A stretch of 64,000 nt of DNA from assembly GCA_037447605.1 (NCBI GenBank), contig CM074805.1, forward strand, positions 2,141,361 to 2,205,360, written 5' to 3'. The stretch comes from Zygnema circumcarinatum SAG 698-1b. Lineage: Eukaryota > Plantae > Zygnematophyceae. The notes below the pieces were generated by a model. The model worked only from the letters and a program-made list of their open reading frames with translations, did not search any database and was not told where the DNA came from. Numbering within the stretch: the first letter of the stretch is position 1; every line of letters begins with the position of its first letter. Positions 14,745-27,252 of the stretch are shown piece after piece. A program made the position numbers and the translations under genes.

Positions 14745-15822
14745 CAGTAGGACCCCGTCATATTTTCCACCTACATTTGGCAAAAATCGGGCGAAAATAT
14801 TGTATTTGGCAAATATAAGGTCCGTGTTACCAATAGGCGAGCGGAATTATGTTAGAGTTCATGTATGTTCGTACATATCGTATCGCTTGCTGTAATATCG
14901 CATCGCATCGTACCGTATCGTATCGTGGCAAACCGCATACAGTACATGAAGCACGCCTTAGCGTTTACTGAGGCAGCAAACCAAAAAGCTTCGAGCCCGT
15001 AACGGCTACTACAGCTCGTACGGCTCGTACGGATAGTACCGTACCGTATCGTATCGTATCGTATCGTATCGTATCGAAGCCAAGAAGAAGTGGAGAAGAG
15101 CGAGCGCCTCTTACGGCGGCACGTGCGGGGAGAATAGGTGAGTTTTGCCGCTTTTGCGTAAGCCCGTGACGGCTAGTACAGCTACAGTCTAATCACGTTA
15201 TAGTGACACTGTTTATAAGAACAGCATGGATATACTGACTTTTTTTCCGGGAACGGAATTGCACCACTGCAGATCCTGCGCCAGTAGTGACGCCATTACG
15301 GATATAATGACGTTGAAAAACCCTGATTGTTACTATATATTCAAAATGTCGATATTATCCACCCACGTATTGGAATATGCGTTACAAATATATTTACGAC
15401 CGTACACATTATCGACTAATATCGTCAGATATCGACTTGACCGTACATATCAAGTTGTCCGTACACATGCTCACTAGGGTTCGTACACACCTACCCACGT
15501 GACGACTGCCCAAAAAGTACAATGTACGGAATCAAAGTCGTACGGATATACCGCAAAAACATATGTAATAACATTGTTACTATAAATGTGAAATGACAAA
15601 CGGGTCATTACCGATATAGTGACACAAATGTGTGGGGACCGACATGGACACTATAACGTGATTAGACTGTAGTACGAGAAGTACGGTTAGTACGGTTAGT
15701 ACGGTTAGTACAAATAGTACGGATAACACAAGTTACCGTACAAAAAGGTGGTTTCGGCAAAATCGGGGCGAATTTCTTGGGGACGCACTTTTGATGGTGG
15801 AAAATATGACGGGGTCCTACTG
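14745..15822. mobile_element. MITE family A (Tc1/mariner-type, TA TSD), ~590 bp without its insert, inserted in family B
   Basis: TIR CAGTAGGACCCCGTCATATTTTCCACC...GGTGGAAAATATGACGGGGTCCTACTG with TA flanks. Internal (CGTAT)n and (GTACGGTTA)n arrays. A second copy lies at 44282-53503. Confidence 0.9.
15185..15669. mobile_element. MITE family B, inner copy (485 bp), inverted relative to the outer copy
   Basis: TIR CAGTCTAATCACGTTATAGTG...CACTATAACGTGATTAGACTG with TA flanks. This segment is absent from the family A copy at 44-53 kb. Confidence 0.88.
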
Positions 15823-16937
15823 TACATTGTACTTTTTGGGCAGTGGTCACGTGGGTAGGTGTGTACGAACCCTAGTGAGCATGTGTACGGTCACGTCGAT
15901 ATCTGACGATAATTGTCGATAATGTGTACGGTCAAACTATATTTGTAACGTATACTCCGATACGTGGGTATATAATATCGAGATTTTGAATATATAGTAA
16001 CCATTAGGGCTTTTCAAATGTCATTATATCCGTAATGGCGTCACTACTGGCGCAGGATCTACAGTGGTGCGATTCCGTTCCTGGAAAAAAACGTCATTAT
16101 AAAACATTGTTACTATAACGCGAGTACACTGTATGGACGTTATGTCGTGGTTCGTTCCATTCAAGGGCACCTTTGTTGACGTCGGCCAATGGATGTTGTC
16201 ACGTAAGCATGGCTGCGCGCCAGCGTGGCAACAGCCCCGCACATGGCGTTGGCACTTATCCACGTCTGCGTTTTGCGGAACCCGTCGCGTTCGTGCGCAG
16301 GAGAGTTCAAACGCAGAACGCGATCGCGTGTTTCCAATCGCACGCCGCCACGTGGGCCAAAAAAAGCTCTCGTCCAACCCGGACCCGCGTCGCGCCACGA
16401 TCGCTCGGCGGAGGCGAGGTCCGCCCGCGCTGTCACGGAGATTCATGGCCTCCATCACTTGTCATTCTTTTTTTTATTTTTTTAGCATAGCATCAGATTT
16501 ACAGTAGCGTGAATGGCGACAGGACGCTGCAGCCAGAGCTGCCTCCCTTGCCAAACTTTTCTAGAATTTGTTAAAAAAATCTGTAGCGCCGTTGAGTAGT
16601 CACAGGCGAGGCAAGAGTCACCCTGAACCGTCCAATTCCTCACATACGGCCCCGCCTGAAGATCAGACACAGGCAATGCCCCATACAAGTTGGTCCACTC
16701 ATCTCCTTCACTTCAGGTCAACGCTCCGATTCTAACTGTTCCATCGCAACATTAGAGTAACCACTGCCACAATCTCTTGCACCGCCGCACTCCAAACGTG
16801 TGCCGCCTCTTTTCCATCGCTACTCCATACATCAATAAATAATGTCTATTTGCGTGCACCCGGGCCGTCCCTTGTACCAAAATGGACGCAGGGCCAGCTC
16901 GTGGGGCACATAATTTGCCGAGTACAATGCCTACTAC

Positions 16938-18593
16938 CTACCAGTCATGATCATGTCTGCCTTCACTATGATGCTCGTCCTCCTCATCATCTGTCGCATC
17001 TTCGTCCAGATTCTTAAGAACGCCGCTATGCTCAATTGATGATCCCAGTGAAATACTCAGTCTGGCCTTCTCCAAAACAGCCATGAGCTGCGCCTGCAGC
17101 CGTTGCCCACGACCCGCCATGCATGGCATGAACAGCAGGCTGTGAGCATCTCATCACAAGGGAGACAAACGGAGATTCTCCCTCCCTCACAATGCCGCCA
17201 TTTATAAAAAGCCGACTAATTGTTGGACATGCAGGAATCTGCCTCTGTCTCGCCCTCACAGATGTCTAACGGAGCTGCAGAAGTGGCAAAGGAAGACGGC
17301 CATAATGGTCTTGCTGTGTAAGTTAATTTTGACTTAAATAGGTTCTGCACAAGAGCGACGTCTGTCTCACTCAAGAAAGGCAAAATTTGAAGTCTTTCTG
17401 CCGCTCAGAAACCATCAAATCTATTGGCATACGAGCCTATTATGGACTCTGCCTTCATTTTCTGTCAACGATCACCTCTTGAAACCTGTGACAAGGTCCA
17501 CTTAGACCACCATGACATCTCCTTTGTTATGCATGCTTATGTTTTTCATCTCACCTACAACACCACAATGCAGGCCCTGAGGTGCATACCAATGAAAAAA
17601 ACAAGACACTTGCTAATACATACGTTTTTTAAGGTGTCAGGCTATGGCACCAAAATGGAGGGAGAAGCGCACCTTTTTTTTCATCCCCGTTGCGCCATCC
17701 ACAGCCAGGAGCTTTAATTTGATGCTGTGACGAACTCTCAGCAACTCGTTAAGTGCTTCCTGAGACCTCTGCACTAAGTAGAGAAGAGCACTGATTGCAT
17801 CTTCCTGCGTCCGGGGAGTACCGCTCTCCACCGCCTTCACTAGAAGACCTACTGCCCTTTCCTCCACAATGGCCTCTCTCCCATCCTTTCCCCTTGCCAG
17901 CTTGCAGAGGACAGCGACCACTTTTTCCTCCAACTTCGGATCTCGCTCTTGAAGCAGGAAGGCCAGGACCGACACAGCACCCGCCTTCACCATCTCCCGC
18001 CGGCACACCGCATGCAGGGAGAGAGAAAACAGTGCTAAGGCAGCATCCTTCTTTCCTCGTGTAGTTCCGAACCGAAGCAGGTCTACAAGGGGCACGATAG
18101 CATTGGCTTCCAAAATGGCAAGCTTTCGATCTGGTGAGTCTGCAAGGCTACTTAATGCGGCCGCTGCATTCTCTTTGGACGCATGACTGCCTGTTCTAAG
18201 AACGTCGACAATGCTTTCAATTCCTCCAGGTACAGCAAAAATGTAGCCTCTAACGCAGGTGGTCAGTGAGGTATTGAAAAGAGTCGTCACTGCATGCTCA
18301 ACCGTTTCTTTATCAGAAGACCCAAGAAGACGGACAAGATATTCCACTCCGTCAGCTGCAGCGAGACGAGCGCGGTTCAGTTCATCTTCCTTTCTTTTAG
18401 TCAAAGCACGAAGGGCGGCTGCTACTGCCCGCTGTTTGGCCACAGAGGACTCCCCTCTCCGGCCTGCCTCAAGGAGAGGCTCGAAGTCTTTTGTCGTTAT
18501 TACAAGGTGGACAGCTTGCCTTATCAGCTCGTCCTCTGGCTTCAGAGCAGCTTCAACCGAAAATGTGGGTTGGGATACAGCGCGCCCCCTCAT
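16938..18593 (-). CDS. ARM-repeat protein (PUB-type ARM repeats, no U-box seen), short paralogue; exons 17673-18593 and 16938-17093
   Basis: Repeats ETVEHAVTTLFNTSL, SKENAAAALSSLA, TTRGKKDAALALFSLSL, LEEKVVAVLCKLA and TPRTQEDAISALLYL. Phase-0 intron after KKK, acidic tail. The first ATG in frame is 18593; the ORF track's longer start is a GTG upstream of a splice acceptor at ~18664. Confidence 0.85.
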
Positions 18594-20354
18594 GATAGGA
18601 CCTCCTTCAACGTTTGCCAAAATCACACCTGCTTTTGACTCCGATAGTATTTCCAGGAACGTCCTGCAGAGCCCCAGTAGAGCTCCCGAAAGTAAGCTCA
18701 CAAGATGCTAGCCACTTTAGTTCATCAACTATGTCTCGTATGTTGTGCAATAAGGGGCAATCGAGCTAGCAATAGCACTGAAACTGGAAGTTGAACTTAC
18801 AAAGTACCTTACCCAGGTACAAAACCATATAAACTGCAAGAACTGAGGGCTTCCGGCAGCTAAGTAGCGAAAGGAAAGGGAGGGGGTCAAAATGGAAAAG
18901 CTCAGAAAAAAAGGGAACGTTACCGCCTCCACATGTGGCACTGTTCATCCAAGCAGCCCTTGCTATGATTGGAAAAAACGAAACGCCAGTCGCATACCGA
19001 CATCTATTCATGGCATTCTTCGAATCATATATATATATGCCGGGAATATACACTAACAAATAGTTTATCCGGCACAAACTCGTCCATTAAACCCGTATAT
19101 GGTTGTGCTTAAAAAATCTGCACGTAAAACAGGACTGACTGACCCGATGCCATTGAGAAAGGCGAGCGCTCACCTTTTCCTCGATTAAGGAGTGGCAGAA
19201 TGCTAAGATTAAACTCAGGAAAGTCTCCCATACGCTTCCCTAGAAAATCTTGAGACCTGTCCCGTATAGTCCACAAGCTCAGATGAGCACCCACTTCCTC
19301 CTCCTTTGCACAGAACGAGCCACCCGGAGCTGCATTATCGGCACTATCCTCCCTTCCCTCTCTCTCTCCTCCCCTTCTTCCCCTCCCCTTTCCCTCTCCC
19401 TTCCCCTGCCTCTCCTCCCCCTCCTCCCCCCCTTCTCCCCCCCCAGGCCCAGCCCCACCTTGCTCCGCATGGCTGCCTGCCTAGCTGGCTCCCTCCCTCC
19501 CTGGCTCCCCCGCGGGAAGAAAACGGGCGACCGCGGCCTCGATCCCCTCCCTGCTGGGCCGGCTGTCCGTACACACCGTACGGTACGGCTCGGGGGGCTC
19601 GGGGTCGGTCGGGTCCCTTGCGGGCCTCGGGGCGGGCCGCCCGCGTGGGATCGCGTCCGTACGATACGGACAGCGCGGCCCGCCGCGGGGCGGGACATGA
19701 ATGCGGCAGCGGCCTCGGCCCGTCCGTACGGCTGCTCGCCGCCGCGCGCTGCATGCGGGCGGGCGGGCGGGCATGTGCGCGCCACAAAGGGCGGTGCTTG
19801 GGGATGGCGGAGGGAGGGACATGGCATGGCATGGCATGGCATGGCGGGATCAGGCAAGGCAGCATGCATGCATTATGCATGCATGCGTGGCTGTAGGGGT
19901 GCATGTGGAGGCTGTTGTTGTGGAGGCTTTGGTGGACGGCTGTGGACTCGAGCGTGGTGGTGGAAAAATTCGGGACCAAGCCACTCCAAAATACTAGTGT
20001 TAGTCTTCGAATAAAGATCATAACCACTGACTAATACGAAAGGAAAAGACGTAGATTTCGATTTTTTTTTGTTAGAAAACTTGATAGCATTCATTAGTAC
20101 GTGTGTAAAATTGAAATACACATGAAAAGATTAATCGTGGTTTCCCATGATGATTTTTTCCATGTACATTTGATGGCCTCGCCATCGTGAGATCAATGCC
20201 CCTTCCAGTCCAGTAGTAAAGCTTGGTAGGTTCTATAGCATTTAGAAACCGGAAACCACCCTCACCGGCACACAGTTTCCAAGTTCCAATCGGGACCTGA
20301 AAATAAATGGCTGCCATATGGCATCGCCCAAAGCCAAAGTTCATGATGACAATA

Positions 20355-20720
20355 GCTCCGTATTATACACTTTTAGGTTCGATACAATGTATAATACAGT
20401 ATTAATACTGTATTATACACTGTATAATACCTTAACGCAACTGTTAACAGCCGTACAATCGGAACATAGATATGTACGGAAATTATGTACGGAAGGGGTG
20501 TACCAGCATGTACGGACCAAGTCACACGTGTTGAGTGTTTGGCACGTGACGTGACTTGGCAAGTGCTGGAACTTCAATATTATAATCAATCTTTGTTCAA
20601 CTAAGCACGAAAATAAAATAAATACGTTAAATACATTTAAAATACACTGTATTTTTAAATGTTGTATAATACGCATGTATTATACAGTGTATTAATACAC
20701 GCGTTTGATACATACGGAGC
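20355..20720. mobile_element. Stowaway-like MITE (366 bp)
   Basis: TA|GCTCCGTAT...ATACGGAGC|TA. AT-rich interior with internal palindromes such as TACAGTATTAATACTGTA. Confidence 0.65.
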
Positions 20721-21563
20721 TATAATGATGACACATGGTTCTTTGACCCCGCTCCGAGCTGGTAGGGTCGCCGAAAGACCAAGCCTTCCCATTTATGTGA
20801 TTCTAAGTTTGAACGGGTTGGCACCTTTTCAAACGTACATGGGGAGAAACCTCTCCTGTACTATTCGGAGTACGCTCCCCCCCCCCCCCCCCCCCCNNNN
20901 NNNNNNCCCCCCCCCCCCCCCGATTAACTTCAATTACTTCTGTAGTTTACTGCAATCGTCCAAAACTGTAATCTCCAACTCCCTGCCTGAGGCAACGCAA
21001 AAATCACGCCGCGTACCTCTTTGGATAAGATCAGCCTACAAACGTATGACAATGTAAGATATACCACGCAGACACACGAAGTGCAAACATTGCCCAACAC
21101 AACTCTACGGTTACTTTTATTGGCCTTAGTACAAAACCTGAAAATGAAGCAGAATTGTGTTTTCAATTCAACACAAGCCAAACATTGTCCCCAGTGCAGC
21201 GAGAAAAAGGAACTATGGCACACAACACTTCCTCTTCATCCCAAGCAGCGTGCAGTTGCACGCCCTCCTGCTGTGGGGGAGAATGAGTGTGTTAAGGAAT
21301 AAGCCAACCCTACACGGTATGACGCCACATAACTATACAAGATAGCCTCCCTGTAAGATACATCACCACCGTGCTTCATCTTACAATACCCTCTATGGTA
21401 TATGTTCTTTTAAAAAGCCCTTCGCGTCTGAACCCTAGACAAATTATGATAATTCTAAAAAAGGCACGTGCCCACCTTAGCCCACATGGCACCACCACAA
21501 GTACTTCCAGATTTCCACAGTGAAAATGTCGCCATCCTGCGACACTCCCGCTCATGACTGAAC

Positions 21564-23905
21564 TTAGTCGTCATTGTCGTCCTGACTTCTGCAAGAATCA
21601 GCAAAAGTGCTGCTGGACATGTCCAAGGGAACTCCAGTTGAAAGAGTGTTCCTGACCAACTTAAGAAAATTGATGAGCTCCTGCGCCTGCAGTCATTGCA
21701 GCAGATCGACGGGGGATTAGACAGCAGGTGATGCACGTCCAATTTTGCTCGCAAAGAGGAACTCTTAAAAAAGCATGAAGAAAACTGGAAGGAACTGCGG
21801 CACCAGGGTAAGCTCATTCGATGGTCAGCCCCTTCCCCAACCTGCTATCCTCGCGACACTAACATCTCCAAAACCATTGCCTCACGCAAACTCATTCTCC
21901 TTTCTAGACTCCAAGCCATCTCCAAATGATAAAACAACTGCCCATGGCTCAAGGCCTATTGAATCACAAGGTGACATTGTCTTCGCCACCCCAATTCAGG
22001 AGAGTGATCACCAACCTTTTTTTTTGATCGAGGCGTGCCCTTGATAGCCAGGGAGCTAAGAGTAATGTCAGGAGGGTCTATCAAAAGCTCATTCAATGCA
22101 TCTTGAGACTTCTGCGCCAAAGTCAGGAGGGCACTGACTGCATCCTCTTTCGTCCGGGGAGAGCCACTCTCGGCTGACTCCACCAGCAGACTAATTGCCT
22201 TCTCTTCCACAATCGCGTCTCTTCCCTCCTTTGCTTTCGTCAGGTTGGATAGTACAGCCACCACTTTTTCCTCAACTCCCGCCTCAGGGTTCTGTAGCAG
22301 TAAGACAAGGGTCTGCACGACGCCCTCCTTCACCATCTCCCGGCGACAAGGACCATGCAAGGAGAGGGAGAACAAAGCTAATGCTGCATCTTTCTTTCCT
22401 CGTAAAGTCCCAGTCTTTAGCAACTGGATGAGAGGCTCAATTGCATCCGCCTGTACAATAGCAAGTTTGCGCTCTGGCGTATCTGCCAGGGCGAAGAGCG
22501 TTGCTGCACTATTTGCCTTGGCTACAGGACTTCCAGTTCTCAATACATTTGTGATGCTGCGAGTCCCCCCTGGTAGCACAAACACGTACCCTCTAACGCA
22601 CTCAGTCAGCGAGAGGTTGAGGAGAGCAGTCACCGCATGTTCTATGGTTTCTTGGTCAGACGACCCCAGACAATTCACGAGGAACCCCACGCCATCAGCT
22701 GCCGCAAGACGTGCTCGGTTCAGTTTATCTTCATCCCTCTTTGTCAAAGCACGAAGTGCTGCTGCCACCGCTCTTCTTCGTTCTACAGAGCCCTGCTCGT
22801 CCTCGCTTGCCTCCAGAAGAGGCTTGAAATCCCCTTTTTCTAAGACTACGTCGATAGCATGCTTCAGTACTGGATCGTCAGGCTTCAGAGCGTCCACGAC
22901 CGAAAACACAGCCTTGGAAATGTCAGAGTTCGCATTGATAGACGAGCGCCCTTTCATACTCAGAGCCCACGGCAAGGTCGGCCGCGCTGCTTCTTGATTG
23001 CTTGTGGATGCACTGCGGGGCAGTGGAGGTTTGTTCAAATAGAATTCTGGGGATTCAGCAGGAGTACTCAGCAAACTTTGAGGAATAGAACCTGTGTCAA
23101 CAGCGTTATCAGGAACATACTTTGGCGTCCCTCTGTTTCCCTCGTGTAACCCCGGAAGGGGGATCTGCAAGGGTGCAGGGCGAGGCCGGCCCACAAGGGA
23201 TCCCGCAGCAGAAATTGGGACACCTTCATTACTGCCCACAGGGCTTTTACGGTCGGATTGGTCTTGGAATGCCAGGAGAGCGTTCTGTGGAGGGTAAACA
23301 GACTCTGAAATTTCCTCCACCTCTACTCTCACCTGTTGTGGGGCAAGTGATCCTGAGCCACTCGGACAGCTCCTATTTAGGTCCTCACCATCTCCTTGGC
23401 TGGGCTCCATCGAAGTACCTGCCTCAGCTTGGTGACTGCTCAAAACTTGCTCTGCGACTCTTTCCCCATTTCCAACAACATTTTGCCGGCCGACTGTGGT
23501 CCTCGCTTTGCTAGCTCTTTCTATTCGCTCTCCGCCACTTGAAGACCGCTCTCCCATGTCCAAAGAAACCTGTTCAACGACATCTGGCACTGTTTTCCTA
23601 GTTCCTACCATCTCCTGCCCTGAATTCGCAGTTTCTTCCTGAACTTTACCTTTGCCCAACTGCTTAAACATCGACACCAGACTCGACTTCCTGCCCACTG
23701 ATTTGGCGCCTGTATAGCCCCAGGTACCATTTTTCCTGGCTCCAGTTGCCTGCTTCGTGCTGCAGGTCGGGATTGGCAGCTCATATGAACCGCTTCGTGA
23801 GCTCAGTGAGTAATTATTGTCAGGTATCAATCCGAACAGCACTTCAACATGTCGATTATCAACAGCAAGCTCCTTGTCGACTCCGTTTTCCACGTGCATA
23901 CCCAT
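21564..23905 (-). CDS. ARM-repeat protein (PUB-type ARM repeats, no U-box seen), long paralogue with ~310-aa low-complexity N-terminal extension; exons 22016-23905 and 21564-21686
   Basis: ARM region aligns residue-for-residue with the 16.9-18.6 kb gene (ALKPDD, RARLAAADGV, GKKDAALALFSLSL, VEEKVVAVL, RTKEDAVSALL) and has the same intron position after KKK. Exon 2 reads AQELINFLKLVRN...DDNDD*. A 5'-UTR splice acceptor lies at ~23919. Confidence 0.88.
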
Positions 23906-26562
23906 TGTTACAAAGAACCCTGCTTGCTATAAGCTTGAACGCACTCTCAAGCTGCAAACATAGCAATGTGGAGCTGCTGGCTTCACTTCAGTTCTGTTGC
24001 TCGACCAAGTAAGGAATGCCAACTGAAGTGAAGCTATTACCTGAACAGAAACGAACGCACATGTCCACATAAGCATATTGCAAAGAACTTGTCTTTTACA
24101 AAAAAATGCAAACATTGCGCTGCGATAAACTCATGCTCATCAGAGGGCTTTCCACGCTTCAGGGCACCGATAGCGAATGCAGCTGTTAATCCACAGGAAG
24201 TCAAACATACATCGAGTAATTAATGCGTCGGAATAACTTGCACCGGAGGCAGAACAGATAAAGTACATGCCATGCCTGCTGTCTGGCATGAAGACAGCAT
24301 TCATGAATGGTCACGCTGTATGCACTGTACTTGCTCACTAACATCACCCGCAGCGCTACAACCATAAAATTGGAAGTCATCATTTCACCTCCCAGAAACA
24401 AGGGCAAAAACAACATAAAGTATGCTAAACGACTCCTTGAAGTGGACGGAGGGTGAAATCGTCTTCTTAACGTCAATTCAACAGCCCAGGCTTTCAGAAG
24501 CAGGAAGGACGCTCCATTCACGTCGTGACTCATCCTCACATTGCCAGGGCAGATATGAAAATCCCCTCAAGATAATGACTGTCACAAGTGCAGTCAAAGA
24601 GCCGGATCAGAAAGACCACTGGGCCCTGGAACGCTGGGCAACTTAACGCAACAGATTCCCTTTGAATGCCTGCAATCGCCTCTCCCTGCAACCAGTGAGT
24701 GCACAGCGTGCACTCCATTCTTCGGCAATCCAAGCCAAACAAACTAATGCATGGCGATAGTCCAACTGCTGCCGTGCAGCGCCTGAAACCTCCGATGCCA
24801 GGTATGAAAAAAAAAATAATAAAACACAACAAAACCGCGAACTACAACAAAAGTGCGGGAAGTGAGCGTGGCAAACAGCAGTAACTAAATCGCCTCCACG
24901 AAAGCAGAACTTTACTCTGAAAGTGAATGCCCGCATCAGCTCGTTGCTCGCACACTTTGTTTGAACCCTCCTTACATACGTGCCCAAACAATCAGCCATT
25001 TCATGCTAGAGGATAAATCCTCTCTATACAAACACAACACTTGTCGCGAAGACTGGCTTGCGGCCATTGTTGATGCGAACAACGACATTCGCGAGACACG
25101 AATACCAGCAGCACCGCCATGCGACAGACCGTCTCATCCGGCAGCCCTGACCAAGACAGAACAGACCAGCACGAAGGCAAACCCTCCCTTCCGCCTCCGC
25201 CAACAGCCATTGCAGAACTTCCATAACTGCTGATTCCCAGCACATGCGAGCAGGCCATGATTCTATGCCTTCTCCTTACATGCTCGCTGCCAGCGCTCCC
25301 GCACACCTCCTCTTTCCGCGTCTCTTGCGTCTGCCGTCCGAGAGAGAGCAAGCAGGTCGCCAAGCTCCTACGCTGCAGCTTGCAGATCTCAGCGCAGGGT
25401 AGGCACATCCCAGACTTCCAGGACAGGGTACCTCCGCCTGCCCGCGGTGGACCCTAGGTCCACGTGGAACCACAAAGTGGATCCCTCTTCCTCGTGGAAG
25501 AAATCCACTTGCGCAGGTGAGCCGCGCCTACGGCATTTCAACCGCGGCCCGCCCGCCCGCCTGGCGGCCGCTGCGCCGCTCCCCGCCGGGCCGGGCCGGG
25601 CCGCGGATCATCCATCCATCCATCCGTCGGCCAATAGCGGGCGAGAGCCGCGGCGCCAAAACAGAGGCAGGCGTTGACTCCGCCCCGCCCCGCCCCGCGC
25701 CACTTGTCCCCGCGCCGCGCCGCGCCAGCAGGCGAATCCACCGGTTTCAACTGCGCCACGTAGGCAGGAGAGCAAAGCGGAGATCCAGGGACGGTACGAA
25801 ATCGGAAAGCAGCTCGGCGCCGGCGCAGAGCGGCAGCCAATGGGAGCGGCGGGAGGGGTCGCGTGGCGGGCCGCCAGTGGCGCAGGTGGGCGCTGGCAGC
25901 CGGCCGCCAGCCGGGCGCAGGGGCGCCGTATGGCACGATCTTGTCGCGATGGGTGCAAATCTTTCGTACCACGGCCTTATGAAAGGGGCCGTACGAACAT
26001 CGAACCACAGCCCAGAGGTCGCCAGCCGCGTCGACAGGCCGCAAGGCCGTACAGTGGAACCAGCCACCTCTAGGTTACAGTACTGTACTCAATGAGTCAC
26101 AACAGGCGAGGCGCCAAGATCAACCCTCCCTTGCACCTTTCCTATTTCGGGACGCCGGCCGGCCGGCCTGCCTGTCTGCTGGCTGGCAGTGGCCGGTCCG
26201 TACCGTACGGTGCGCTCGGAAGGAAGAGAGGCTGCGCGCGGGGCAACTTGAGCGCGCCTCGCTGCGGCTTGGGATCGGCTCAATCTGAGCCGTCCGATGC
26301 CCCCGGGCGGGTCAAGGGCCGTCGCAACATGGCCCACGGCCGTCGATTCGCGCTTTCAGGCGCCTCTTAAAATCTGTACGGACTGCGTAATGTTGCCGTC
26401 GTCCAAGCGTTGAACAGGGTCGGTGCGGAGCGAGGTCCAAATGAATGGCGGTCACGTCACGCGGTGGCCGCCACTGGGGCTCGAGATTTCACGTCTGAAT
26501 GCTTTTACTTCGTAGATTTCCGTTTGTAGGAAAATATGAGAACCGTTTCCATTTACCGTATA

Positions 26563-26662
26563 GGCTTTTTCTTTTTGTCCTTAAGTCCATTGTGACCTTT
26601 TCCTTTGGTTCCCCGTGTTGATCTTATCCATGTGCATTTGATGGCCTCGCCATCGTGAGATG
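26563..26662. repeat. Dispersed ~100-bp repeat; other copies at 20136-20193, 26963-27267 (interrupted) and 53563-53666 (reverse)
   Basis: Shared core CCCCGTGTTGAT.TT.TCCATGT.CATTTGATGGCCTCGCCATCGTGAG recognisable in all copies. Confidence 0.75.
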
Positions 26663-26720
26663 AACGCAAGTTCTCGTCGCTTTTACTTCTCGACCATTCT
26701 AGCTTTTTCCTGTTGCGGTA

Positions 26721-26960
26721 GGGGGTGTCCGACTTAACACCAAAACGAGTACGGTACGGTTCTCCGGTGACGTCGCGATACGCTTGAAGAGGACTGCTTC
26801 AATAACTTTTTTTGTCGTAAAATTTTGTTAAGTCTGACACCTCTTCGAATGTTACGAACAAGGAAGTTTCGGAAGTACTCCGCCGCAGCAAGATCGCGAT
26901 GTCGCCGGAGTACTCGTTCTGGTCTCAAACTTGCAAATAACATTTAAGTCTGACGCTCCC
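26721..26960. mobile_element. MITE family C copy 1
   Basis: TA|GGGGGTGTCCGACTTAA...TTAAGTCTGACGCTCCC|TA. Shares the internal block GTACTCCGCCGCAGCA..GATCGCGAT..GGAGTACTCGTTCTG with copy 2. Confidence 0.8.
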
Positions 26961-27028
26961 TATTGTCTTTGGGTCCTTTGTGACCAGTTCCTCGTGGTCC
27001 CCCGTGTTGATTTTGTTCATGTACATTA

Positions 27029-27185
27029 GGGGGTGTCAGACTTAACAAAATCTTACGAAAAGCGTTACGAAAAAAAAGGTTACGAAAGTACTCCGCCGCA
27101 GCAGGATCGCGATTATACTGGAGTACTCGTTCTGATGTCAAACTTACGAACACGCGTACTAAAATTTTTTAAGTCTGACACCCCC
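27029..27185. mobile_element. MITE family C copy 2 (157 bp)
   Basis: Perfect TIR GGGGGTGTCAGACTTAA...TTAAGTCTGACACCCCC with TA flanks. Confidence 0.85.
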
Positions 27186-27190
27186 TATTA

Positions 27191-27252
27191 GGGGGTGTCA
27201 GACTTAAAAAATTTAACGCTTTTCGTAAGATTTTGTTAAGTCTGACACCCCC
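27191..27252. mobile_element. MITE family C copy 3, minimal 62-bp element
   Basis: Same perfect 17-bp TIRs with only 28 bp between them, TA flanks. Confidence 0.8.

Larger units (their letters stand above)
14576..16131. mobile_element. MITE family B, outer copy (Tc1/mariner-type, TA TSD), ~476 bp without its insert
   Basis: Perfect 12-bp TIR CAGTGTACTCGC...GCGAGTACACTG flanked by TA on both sides. Its two halves (14576-14744 and 15825-16131) match the inner copy 15185-15669 in reverse. Confidence 0.85.

Noticed and set aside
19250-20027. Several 200-250-aa ORFs on both strands (similar sets at 1600-2340, 5940-6320, 25500-26370, 41670-42560 and 53750-54540)
   Set aside because: GC-rich promoter islands and microsatellites with few stop codons; low-complexity R/A/P/G translations.
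24200-25480. Short minus-strand ORFs suggesting a separate gene
   Set aside because: No consistent spliced frame or motif found; best explained as 5' UTR and intron of the long ARM gene (acceptor at ~23919).
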